Virus record (IMG/VR): IMGVR_UViG_3300036768_000707
Span: 1-59,314 of that record
DNA from: a virus
Taxonomy: Duplodnaviria > Caudoviricetes
Reading direction: 5' to 3' (one strand)
Length of the DNA: 59,314 bases
Positions 26,445 to 34,252 of this stretch are shown here, one piece after another (position 1 is the stretch's first letter; the number at the start of each line of letters is the position of its first letter). The notes beneath the pieces were generated by a model, which worked only from the letters and a program-made list of their open reading frames with translations, was not told the origin of the DNA and made no database searches. Both the position numbers and the translations under genes were made by a program.

Positions 26445-26834
26445 TCACCAGCCCCGCATGACAGGAGCACACTCGCTGCGCCCGTCGCGCACGCCCTGCA
26501 CGTAGCCCGCGTCATATCCCGCGCGGTACGCTGCCTCGTACACAGGATCTGTGCTGTCAGTGCTGTCTGTGCTGTCAGTGCTTTGCTCGGGCGGCACTGC
26601 TGAGCTGGGCACCACAGCATCAACACTGAGGCCAACGAGCGAGGGGAGCGGGCGGTACGTCATCTTACCTCCCGCGCGACACGTCAACTCAAGAGCTGAG
26701 CGCACAATGCCTTTGCGGCGCGTGAAGACGAGCAACACAACCGTCCCTGTCCTGTCATCTGAGAGAATGCGGTACACGCAGACGGCCCCCCAACAGAAGC
26801 CAGACTGTGTCTCGATGAGGTTGGGCTCAGTCAT
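26445..26834 (-). CDS. Hypothetical protein
   Basis: GAGGTGG SD; C-terminal AYRAGYDAGY motif. Confidence 0.5.
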   Translation of the reverse strand: MTEPNLIETQSGFCWGAVCVYRILSDDRTGTVVLLVFTRRKGIVRSALELTCRAGGKMTYRPLPSLVGLSVDAVVPSSAVPPEQSTDSTDSTDSTDPVYEAAYRAGYDAGYVQGVRDGRSECAPVMRGW

Positions 26835-27027
26835 GGTCACCACCTCTCGTAGCACTGGCGATGGCGGCGTCGCCTTCGCCTTCGCCGTCGTCGATGAGCG
26901 CGCGAGCAGTCTCAAAGCCCGCGACAAAGCCAGCACTGTACCGGCGCCTCGCCCCAATGCTGTAGCCAAGCGCATAGGCCGCTGTCGTGACAGCGCCAGT
27001 GATGATGATCGAGAAGGCAAGTGTCAT
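26827..27027 (-). CDS. Small membrane protein
   Basis: N-terminal transmembrane segment; GAGGTG SD. Confidence 0.5.
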   Translation of the reverse strand: MTLAFSIIITGAVTTAAYALGYSIGARRRYSAGFVAGFETARALIDDGEGEGDAAIASATRGGDHD

Positions 27028-27033
27028 CAGTCG

Positions 27034-27381
27034 TCACCTCTTTCTGCGCCTCGACCGCTCATGCAGATACTGCATTGCCGCTGTGCACGAGGTCCAGTTG
27101 TCAGTCTTGTAGGTCTCGACCGTGAGCGCCTGCGCGTGCCGCGCATGATGCGCCACCCACGCTTCGGTGTATGCGCGCGCGTCTTGGCCCTGCGGCTGCG
27201 TCAGTTCGGGCGCGTTGACGGCCTTGAGGCGCACGCGAGCGCGTGCGCGTGTTGCGCAGGCCCTGGTCGATGTCGATGTCCAACGTATCGCCATCGACCA
27301 CGCGTGACACGACACCCCTGTACACACGTACTGCACCACCGGCATCACAGTCGGAATGTCGTGCTTCTGTGCCTGTGTCAT
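27034..27381 (-). pseudogene. Thermonuclease (SNase-like) gene disrupted by compensating frameshifts
   Basis: YRGVVSRVVDGDTLDIDID is in one frame (27101-27325 ORF) and RVRLKAVNAPEL is in the frame of the full ORF. Confidence 0.65.
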
Positions 27382-27537
27382 GCCTTTGATCTCCTCAACT
27401 CCTCGACCCCCCGCCGACCAACATTCTACCTGCCGGCGTTGGGCGACACACAGTGCGTGCGTGCGCGCCCTGTGTCATCCGCCACTCCGTGCGTGCACGT
27501 GCCCCAGCATAGTACGGTACCCATCCTCGCGGTCAGT

Positions 27538-27804
27538 TCAGTCCCAGCCCCGGCACCCGCAGTAGTACGAGTCCGTGGCCGCATCCGGGCGGTGCTCGAA
27601 GTACGGCGCGCGCGGGTCGCTTGTCCGCTCCTTCTTGCAGTACGGGCACCGCATGAGCCGCCCCTCGAGGTCAGGGCCTGGGACGACGATGTAGGCGTCG
27701 GGCGTGAGGCCAGCGTGAATCGCGCACGCCGGGCTGCCGTCCTCGCGGACGGCGTTGGCGACGTGGCCGCACGCCATCATCGTGTTCGTGTTCGTGTTCG
27801 TCAT
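27538..27804 (-). CDS. Small Cys-rich protein
   Basis: CGH...CAIH...CPYC...YYCGCRGWD. Confidence 0.65.
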   Translation of the reverse strand: MTNTNTNTMMACGHVANAVREDGSPACAIHAGLTPDAYIVVPGPDLEGRLMRCPYCKKERTSDPRAPYFEHRPDAATDSYYCGCRGWD

Positions 27805-28010
27805 GTGACTGCCTCCTTCTGGTCTTCGCCCCGTGACTGGTCGTACATGTCGATGAGAATCCGCGTCAGAGCGATGATCGTGCCCGTCAGCTCATACCGG
27901 TCGCGCGGCACGTCGTCAAGAAGCTCGTCGCGCAAGGCGAGCAGTTGATCCCGGACGGGCAGCATCCGCAGCTCGTCCGGGACGTAGCCTTGATACCAAC
28001 CGAGGCCCAT
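27801..28010 (-). CDS. Hypothetical protein
   Basis: GGAGGAG SD; coupled to the next gene. Confidence 0.55.
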   Translation of the reverse strand: MGLGWYQGYVPDELRMLPVRDQLLALRDELLDDVPRDRYELTGTIIALTRILIDMYDQSRGEDQKEAVT

Positions 28011-28091
28011 TACACGCTCCTCCCTTCTTAGCTCTACACGACAGGAACTCAGATGACGATACCGGCTGCGGTGAGCATGTTGCTCTCTCCC

Positions 28092-28427
28092 TCACCACTC
28101 AAGCACCACGTCAGCTGACCACTCCCACGCATCCAGCCACCGCTGGATGTAGTGGCGAAGCTTCACAGCGCCCGGATCGGCTTCCGCGACCGTCACCCAG
28201 AACCTGCCATCGTTCAGACGTCTGACATCGACGCAGCCGAGATCGCCCCAGTTGACCGCCTCGTCGCCGAACTCGGCAGCCGCCCAATCGCTGACAACCC
28301 AGCCGCGCTCGGCGGGTTGGTACAGGTGCTCGATGAGGCGGTTGACGACGAGCCGTAACTGCTCCGGCTCGTCTGGCGCTAGCTCCGGGATGTAGTTCTT
28401 CATGCGTAGGTAGCTTTGGTATCGCAC
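28092..28427 (-). CDS. Hypothetical protein
   Basis: AVNWGDLGCVDV...VAEADP...VVLEW; start codon uncertain. Confidence 0.6.
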   Translation of the reverse strand: MRYQSYLRMKNYIPELAPDEPEQLRLVVNRLIEHLYQPAERGWVVSDWAAAEFGDEAVNWGDLGCVDVRRLNDGRFWVTVAEADPGAVKLRHYIQRWLDAWEWSADVVLEW

Positions 28428-28435
28428 AGCAGCGA

Positions 28436-28726
28436 TCAGCCGTTCGTGTCACGAACGGCTGCCTCGGTTGCGGCCAGAGCGGCCTCCCAGGCGGGAGACC
28501 AGTCCATCGCCCAGGCAGCTGCCCAAGCGCTGGCTCGAGCTCGAGCCAGCTCCTCGGCAGTCACGTCCCCTTCCGCGTACCCGCGGGCGGCTGCACAAGC
28601 CGCCCAGAGCCGCGCGTCTGCCTCTCGCCCCGTGCGCTTTTCCCAAGCCTCCAGGGCACGCTCCGCCTGATCCACGACGTACAGCCGCAGATCACGCTCA
28701 CTCTTCACGGGTGACACCTTGTCCAT
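28436..28726 (-). CDS. Imm5-like Ala/Trp-rich protein
   Basis: AERALEAWEKRTGREADARLWAACAAARGYAEG; paralog of the C-terminus of 29926-30687. Confidence 0.6.
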   Translation of the reverse strand: MDKVSPVKSERDLRLYVVDQAERALEAWEKRTGREADARLWAACAAARGYAEGDVTAEELARARASAWAAAWAMDWSPAWEAALAATEAAVRDTNG

Positions 28727-28747
28727 TCGTCCACCTCCTTCGCCTGT

Positions 28748-28777
28748 ATCATACGTCAGATGACGTACGCTTGTCAA
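28748..28777 (-). promoter_or_regulatory. Promoter with palindromic operator (copy 7)
   Basis: TTGACA-agcgtACGTCAtcTGACG-TATGAT. Confidence 0.85.
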
Positions 28778-28810
28778 CCCTTTTCTGGTGAGCATGTCGT
28801 GTTCGATGCA

Positions 28811-29623
28811 TCACTCCCAGCTCTTCGAGACCTGGAGGGTGAACGACCACTGAGCGCCCGCGCACCCACAGCGGACGTAGCAGTCAGTATCCGGTATCGT
28901 CACCTCTTGCTGGCAGTCATCGCAGACGACGGTGACGGCGCGCCCCGCCGCGCGAGTGCGCTGCCTATCATCTTCCCCCCAATCGTTCACTGCGATCTCG
29001 TCGATCTTCATGTCGTCCCCTTTCTGCAATAGCTCCTTCACCCACACGTTACGGTCAGCGAACAACCCGAAGACATCGCCGCCGCCTGTGCACTGCTCTG
29101 CCACTACCTGGTCCGGCCGCCAGCCACCGAAGGGGAGGAAGGGAAAGCCCACGTCCACGTCCGACACGCCGTCCCAGAAGCCGTTCCACAACAGGCAGTC
29201 GACAAACGTCTGCGGATTGCCCTGGTAAGACATCCAGGCGTTGTAAGAGGTGTAGATGATCTTCAGCCCATACCGCATCTCGATGGCATCGACGGCCTCG
29301 CGGATTGCGGAGTTACGAATGCCGGGAAGCTTGACGTCAATGGCGACCGTGTGCAGACGGTCGGCCACGTCGGGAGGCAAGTGGCCGAGTCCTTGCTCAA
29401 CGTGCCACGCCCCCAGATGCCCTCCGGCGAGCGAGATGTAGCCCAGCACGTAGGGGAACCCGGCGTTGAAGGCTGTGCGCAGATTGCCGACGGCGGTGGT
29501 CGGCTGCTCGGCCTCCGTCCACAGGCACTGGATGAATACGTCGTAGCCCGCCTGCCGCAGCGCCCGCGCCTTCTTCGGCGTCAGGATGTCGAAGCTGGCA
29601 TCGATCCCGTTCAGGTAGGTCAT
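28811..29623 (-). CDS. GH25-like muramidase domain fused to a small Cys-rich tail
   Basis: GIDAS, AIDVK, IIYTS...W, LWNGFW, PFGGW, DRNVW motifs. Confidence 0.65.
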   Translation of the reverse strand: MTYLNGIDASFDILTPKKARALRQAGYDVFIQCLWTEAEQPTTAVGNLRTAFNAGFPYVLGYISLAGGHLGAWHVEQGLGHLPPDVADRLHTVAIDVKLPGIRNSAIREAVDAIEMRYGLKIIYTSYNAWMSYQGNPQTFVDCLLWNGFWDGVSDVDVGFPFLPFGGWRPDQVVAEQCTGGGDVFGLFADRNVWVKELLQKGDDMKIDEIAVNDWGEDDRQRTRAAGRAVTVVCDDCQQEVTIPDTDCYVRCGCAGAQWSFTLQVSKSWE

Positions 29624-29644
29624 GCTTCCTCCTGTCGCGCGTCC

Positions 29645-29929
29645 TCAAGCCTGCTCATCATCTTCCCCCCAATCGTGCAGTGCGATCTGAACTGGCTCGA
29701 TCGCCTCTTCGAGCTTCGTCCTGATCGTCTGAAGGGCGTCGAGCACTCTCTTGAGCAGTAGCTGCCTGTCACGATATTCTTGGCAAGCGCCGCAGAACTC
29801 GCCCTGCACAAGTGCGTACCCGGCGCACCGATCGGCGCCAGGATCTTGCACAAAGCACCACGGGCATTCGAGGTGACACGCGCAGCGCGTAAACTCGCTC
29901 GTCCTCACTGTCGCGCCCATGTGCGTCAC
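29645..29929 (-). CDS. Small Cys-rich protein
   Basis: Multiple CxxC motifs; GTGA overlap. Confidence 0.5.
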   Translation of the reverse strand: MTHMGATVRTSEFTRCACHLECPWCFVQDPGADRCAGYALVQGEFCGACQEYRDRQLLLKRVLDALQTIRTKLEEAIEPVQIALHDWGEDDEQA

Positions 29930-30687
29930 CCCTTCGCCGCCTGTCGCGCGTCCTCTGCATCTCCCTCATCACGCGTCACCGTCCCGTCGGCGTCGCGCCA
30001 TCCTGTCGCCTTGTGCATGGCGGCGGCGAATCGCTCAGCGCCCGCGTTACGAGCGGCGTTCAGAGCCGCGGCTCCAGCAGCTGCCTTAGGAGTGTCGCGG
30101 ACAGCGTATCCCGCGGCGGCCCATGCGCTGGCCCAAGCAGCATCCAGAGCGGCGTCCCAAGCGGAGCTCGCAGCGGCGTGCCCCGCCAGAGCCCAAGCCT
30201 CGCCCCAAGCGACAGCCCAAGCGGCGTCGTAAGCGGCGTCGCGAGCAGCGGCCAGTTGCGAATCCGTGACCGTCCCTGTCGCGTGTCCGCGTGCCGCCTC
30301 CACCGCTGTCCACGCGCGCTCGTCCGCCCTGCGCCCCGTGCGCTTCTCCCACGCCTGCAGGGCGCGCGCGGCTTCATCTGCGGCGTACAGCCGCATCGTC
30401 TGCTCGACATCGAAGCACTCGACGAGCGTGCGCACAGACGACACGCCTTTGTGCTCATCCTTCGGGCCGCTATCGTCTACCTCGACGATGCAGGCCTTCG
30501 GCCCGAACAGGAGGCCACCAAGCAGCGCCGCCTTCCACGTCGGCGCGTAGTGGTAGCCGCGCTTACACAGTCGCAGCGCGTGCGCGTTCTTGATCCTGCG
30601 CGTCTCACCGACCTTCCACGGCTCCTCATCGCCGAGCCGAGACCGCATGTCTGGGTCGAGGAAGTGGACTGCGTAGATGGTCGCCAT
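29926..30687 (-). CDS. Hypothetical protein with Imm5-like Ala-rich C-terminus
   Basis: LCKRGYHYA N-terminal domain plus AARALQAWEKRTGRRADERAWTAVEAARG. Confidence 0.65.
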   Translation of the reverse strand: MATIYAVHFLDPDMRSRLGDEEPWKVGETRRIKNAHALRLCKRGYHYAPTWKAALLGGLLFGPKACIVEVDDSGPKDEHKGVSSVRTLVECFDVEQTMRLYAADEAARALQAWEKRTGRRADERAWTAVEAARGHATGTVTDSQLAAARDAAYDAAWAVAWGEAWALAGHAAASSAWDAALDAAWASAWAAAGYAVRDTPKAAAGAAALNAARNAGAERFAAAMHKATGWRDADGTVTRDEGDAEDARQAAKG

Positions 30688-30688
30688 C

Positions 30689-30865
30689 CTACTCGTCTTT
30701 CTCGTGCTCGGTGGAATACGGCTGCCTGTCCCTGCGCGGCGACCAGTCCCGCGAGAGCGGGGCGCCGAAGGGATCATGCCCCTTCAGCGCCCGCCACGCC
30801 TGCGGCAGCAAGATCGCTGCCGAGATGACGATGGCGATGGCGATGCCGATGTACTCAGCAATCAC
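30689..30865 (-). CDS. Small membrane protein
   Basis: GTGA overlap; transmembrane YIGIAIAIVISAAILL. Confidence 0.45.
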   Translation of the reverse strand: MIAEYIGIAIAIVISAAILLPQAWRALKGHDPFGAPLSRDWSPRRDRQPYSTEHEKDE

Positions 30866-31407
30866 GCCGTCGCCCCGCAGTCCGCGCACACCCAGAGCGG
30901 GACCGACAAGGTCCCATCTTCGCGGAGCAGTCTGCGCCGCGTCCACCCGACCCGCTCCAGCCACCGGCGGAACGTCGTCACGCTCGAAGAAGCGTGGTCG
31001 AAACCGAGCGCGTACGGCCCGTCCGTCATCCGCTTCGAGCAGCACGCACACTTGACCGCGTACGTGCTCGTGAGCATTCCGCCCACGTGAATCTTCCACA
31101 TCGTGTTCGCGGTCGCGTGCGCCCGCTCGCACTCAACTTCGAAGGCCGCTTGCTTCAGCTCCGCAACCGCCGCGTGCAGCGCCTCCTGCGCCTTTTCAAG
31201 TCTGTTCATGGCCTCGCCCTCGCGCATCTGGGCGATGGCGGCCTCGGCCGTGCGCGCCGCCTCCTCGCACTGCTCGTACAGTGCAACGTTGGCAGCGTCC
31301 GACTCGTCGTCATGCGGCAGGGCACGCACTGCCGCTTCGAGCGCCTGCTGCATCTTCTCGAGTGCGTCGAGCATGTCAGGCGCCGTGCGTGTCGTCTCGG
31401 TGTTCAT
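30862..31407 (-). CDS. Hypothetical coiled-coil / zinc-binding protein
   Basis: APDMLDALE...; CACC...CADC. Confidence 0.6.
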   Translation of the reverse strand: MNTETTRTAPDMLDALEKMQQALEAAVRALPHDDESDAANVALYEQCEEAARTAEAAIAQMREGEAMNRLEKAQEALHAAVAELKQAAFEVECERAHATANTMWKIHVGGMLTSTYAVKCACCSKRMTDGPYALGFDHASSSVTTFRRWLERVGWTRRRLLREDGTLSVPLWVCADCGATA

Positions 31408-31491
31408 GGTCCCTTCCCCCTTTGTCGATGATGTCGATGTCCGATGATGCATGACACCCGGCGCTGTCCCTGCGCCGGGTGTCGTGCGGGC

Positions 31492-31791
31492 CTACGGCTC
31501 CTCGACGAACGTCGCGAACATCTCGGCCCAGCCAGCCTTCTTGGCTGTCACTTCGAGGATAAACCCGGGGGAGCAGGCGCATCGAGAGCATCCTGCAAAC
31601 TTGGACCACCGGGCCGTCCTCGCCAGGCGACCCCACCCAAGAGCCTTCAGGATCTGCTCGAGCATCTCCTGAAGCTCCTGCCGAGTCGCCTCGGCGCCCG
31701 GGCCTTCCCCGAACAGGAAGACCCGGACCTTCTTCTCACGCTCCCGCGCCGTCTCCGGTCGCGCGAACGTGAACTCCACGATCTTCTTCAT
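31492..31791 (-). CDS. Hypothetical protein
   Basis: WSKFAGCSRCACSPGFIL; GGGAGGTG SD after promoter copy 8. Confidence 0.7.
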   Translation of the reverse strand: MKKIVEFTFARPETAREREKKVRVFLFGEGPGAEATRQELQEMLEQILKALGWGRLARTARWSKFAGCSRCACSPGFILEVTAKKAGWAEMFATFVEEP

Positions 31792-31815
31792 CTCGTTCAC
31801 CTCCCTTCCGCCTGT

Positions 31816-31845
31816 ATCATACGTCATCTGACGTATGCTTGTCAA
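31816..31845 (-). promoter_or_regulatory. Promoter with palindromic operator (copy 8)
   Basis: TTGACA-agcatACGTCAgaTGACG-TATGAT. Confidence 0.85.
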
Positions 31846-32108
31846 CCCTTTCTGGCGGAATCTTGGGAGAAATTTTCCAGCACCTCGGCGATGCGCGCAC
31901 GCGCGAGCGGCGATGGCCGCACCTCCCCCAGCTCCCAGCGCTGCACTGTGCGGAACGCGACAGCCAACAGGTCGGCAAGCTGCTGCTGCGTCAGCTTATG
32001 CTGTCGCCTGAGCGCCCGCAGCTCGCGCCCAACCCGCGTCTGCTCCCGCTTCCGCCGTGAGCCCGGACCCTTCCCTCTCTGCGTCACGTCCTGTTTCGTC
32101 TTGAGCAT
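31842..32108 (-). CDS. XRE/Cro-C1 family HTH transcriptional regulator
   Basis: LRALRRQHKLTQQQLADLLAVAFRTVQRWELGEVRP. Confidence 0.9.
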   Translation of the reverse strand: MLKTKQDVTQRGKGPGSRRKREQTRVGRELRALRRQHKLTQQQLADLLAVAFRTVQRWELGEVRPSPLARARIAEVLENFSQDSARKG

Positions 32109-32151
32109 GTGTCTGTCTCCTAAGATAGCTAGCTGCTGTCCCCTTCGAGGG

Positions 32152-32236
32152 ATAATACGTCATGTGACGCGGATGTATCAAGCTCGCACGCAGCCACAAT
32201 GGTGGGTTGACAGAGGTACGTCACATGACGTATACT
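32152..32236. promoter_or_regulatory. Divergent promoter pair with operators (copies 9 and 10)
   Basis: Minus: TTGATA-catccGCGTCAcaTGACG-TATTAT (towards the XRE gene); plus: TTGACA(32207)-gaggtACGTCAcaTGACG-TATACT(32231). Confidence 0.82.
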
Positions 32237-32256
32237 ACCAGTGGAGGTGATGCAGC

Positions 32257-32727
32257 ATGAAGCTTGCAGACGGTCTCACGTACGCAGCTGTCGCCGCACT
32301 CGCGACACGCACGCCCAGCGGGCGCATACGCACCTACGCTGTCAGAATAGGAGACAGCGTATGGCCCGTGAAAGAGGCGGTCAGAGCAGCTGTCGGACAG
32401 AGACTCGACGGCTTCAGCACAGGAGACGCGACAGCGGCTCTTCGAAGCCTCGGGTTCGAGATCGTGCGTGTCGAGGCGAAGAGGTCAGGAGAGGCGAAGA
32501 CGAAGGAAGAGGCGGTCGGAGAGAAAGAGCCAAGAGAGGTGCAGAAGCCAGAGAAGCTCCGCGGCCACCTCTTCGAGGAACACGACATCTGCGGGTTCGG
32601 TGACCACCCCCTCCGCGCCGGAGACGGGCACTACCATTCGACACGCACAACAGTCATATGCTGTGCATGCACGCAAGCGCGCGGTTACACGTGCGAGGAC
32701 GGCATCGCACGGCGAGAGGTGAGGTGA
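32257..32727 (+). CDS. Hypothetical protein
   Basis: GGAGGTG SD; YAVRIGDSVWPVK...FSTGDA...LRSLGFEI recalls McrA/ScoMcrA N-terminal-type DNA-binding segments (tentative). Confidence 0.6.
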   Translation: MKLADGLTYAAVAALATRTPSGRIRTYAVRIGDSVWPVKEAVRAAVGQRLDGFSTGDATAALRSLGFEIVRVEAKRSGEAKTKEEAVGEKEPREVQKPEKLRGHLFEEHDICGFGDHPLRAGDGHYHSTRTTVICCACTQARGYTCEDGIARREVR

Positions 32728-33140
32728 CAGTGAGCAGCAGCAGTAATGCAGGCGCAGCGCACGACATCGCGGGCGGAACGCTCGCAGTCGGGGACTGCAT
32801 CATCGATCGCGCAGGACACGCATACAGAATCTGCGAGATCGAGCCGCATCACGTGCGCGCAGCAGGCATCATCCGCGCCCGTCCGGTAAGAATCCGGCGC
32901 GCGCAGATCATCGAACAACCGCATGAAGTCTTCGTGCGCATGTATGACGCGATCAAGGTCAGCCCCGCCGATATCCACCGCGACCGGCGTGACAACTACA
33001 TGCTGTTCCGCGCGCGTACTGCTGAGTACGAGGTAGAGCTACGCAACGGAATACAGCAGCGTAAGCGCCTCGTCGACTACAACCTCAGACTCTTCGGTGT
33101 GCGTGACACGCCCCGCCTCGAAGACGAGCCCTCGTCATGA
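32724..33140 (+). CDS. Hypothetical protein
   Basis: GAGGTGAGG SD; GTGA overlap. Confidence 0.5.
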   Translation: MTVSSSSNAGAAHDIAGGTLAVGDCIIDRAGHAYRICEIEPHHVRAAGIIRARPVRIRRAQIIEQPHEVFVRMYDAIKVSPADIHRDRRDNYMLFRARTAEYEVELRNGIQQRKRLVDYNLRLFGVRDTPRLEDEPSS

Positions 33141-33344
33141 CGCACACGGGCTCATCTTCGGAACAATGTCCGCTTCTCTTTGCCACTCTCTCCGATCTGC
33201 TTGAGTAGCTCATCGCGATCTACCTGGTTGAGCGACCGCGAGCATTGGATGCATACCACCTCGACCGAGAAACCACGAGGATCAATGCTGAGCCAGAGGT
33301 CGCCACGACAGCCCGAGCGGGGACAGCCATGTGAGACGACGTAC

Positions 33345-33953
33345 CTACTCCGCCTCCTCGTCGTCGAGATCTTCGTCATCATTCCGCGAAGACTCCGCCT
33401 CTTCAGACTCTGGTTCAGGAAGCAGAATCTGTGTCCCCTCCCCGAGCGCCTCGACGATGACTTTGACCTTGCTCGCGAGTTGCGTACGTGCCATCGCTTC
33501 ATTGGCGAACATGCGGTTCGGGAACTTCTGGCGAGAAAAGCCGAGGAGCGTCTCAATCACTTCGTCTTGTGAGGAGATGAAGCTCAATATCTCTTTCTGC
33601 GCGCGCGCTTTCTCAGGAGCTGTGTCGAGTTGCTCGAGTTCCTGTAGAATAGTTTCCGCTTTCCTGATGAGCCGGCGGCGCTCAGCAATCCGCTCAGCGA
33701 GCAGCTGGTCGATGTCTACGTAAAACTCCTGGCGCGTCGCTTCTCGTGCACGCTGGATATCGCGGAAGACCGTGACTGACGAGATGCCGTACTTCTCCGA
33801 GATCTCAGGGATCGTCAGGCACTTCAGGTAGTCGCTGAAGACGGAGAAGACGCGCTTTCGAAGCTCAGCCTTATCCATCCAGTTCGGCTTATTTCCATGA
33901 CGGCGTACGCGCCGCGGCACGTGTGCGACCCGGTAAGAGTTGTATTCGCCCAT
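33345..33953 (-). CDS. HTH protein, candidate terminase small subunit
   Basis: LTIPEISEKYGISSVTVFRDI HTH followed by helical region and acidic tail. Confidence 0.55.
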   Translation of the reverse strand: MGEYNSYRVAHVPRRVRRHGNKPNWMDKAELRKRVFSVFSDYLKCLTIPEISEKYGISSVTVFRDIQRAREATRQEFYVDIDQLLAERIAERRRLIRKAETILQELEQLDTAPEKARAQKEILSFISSQDEVIETLLGFSRQKFPNRMFANEAMARTQLASKVKVIVEALGEGTQILLPEPESEEAESSRNDDEDLDDEEAE

Positions 33954-33977
33954 CTACTTACCTACTTACCTACCCTG

Positions 33978-34235
33978 TCACCCTGTCCTCTCCTTCAACC
34001 ACGCCCTCCCCTTCGGAGTCAGTATATGTCTTGTGACGTAGCCCTCATACCGGTGGACGAAGCCGATACCGACGAGGAGCCCAAGAAAGATTGGGCCAAC
34101 AGTGGTCACGACTCCTCGCTCCGCGGGCGGTGTCGTTGCAGAATGAGTAGCATCGATCTGCCTGAGAGCGTATACGACGTCTTGCTCTCGCAGTACCGGA
34201 TTCCAGTCTTGACCTGAAGAACCATAGACAGCCAT
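33978..34235 (-). CDS. Hypothetical protein (possible winged helix)
   Basis: C-terminal ILTPKGRAWL; SD GGGAG. Confidence 0.45.
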   Translation of the reverse strand: MAVYGSSGQDWNPVLREQDVVYALRQIDATHSATTPPAERGVVTTVGPIFLGLLVGIGFVHRYEGYVTRHILTPKGRAWLKERTG

Positions 34236-34252
34236 GGGCGATGGTTCTCCCT

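Noticed and set aside
33152-33556. Zinc-ribbon ORF overlapping the HTH gene
   Set aside because: The C-terminal CPRSGC...CIQC looks plausible, but no convincing in-frame start outside the overlapping gene
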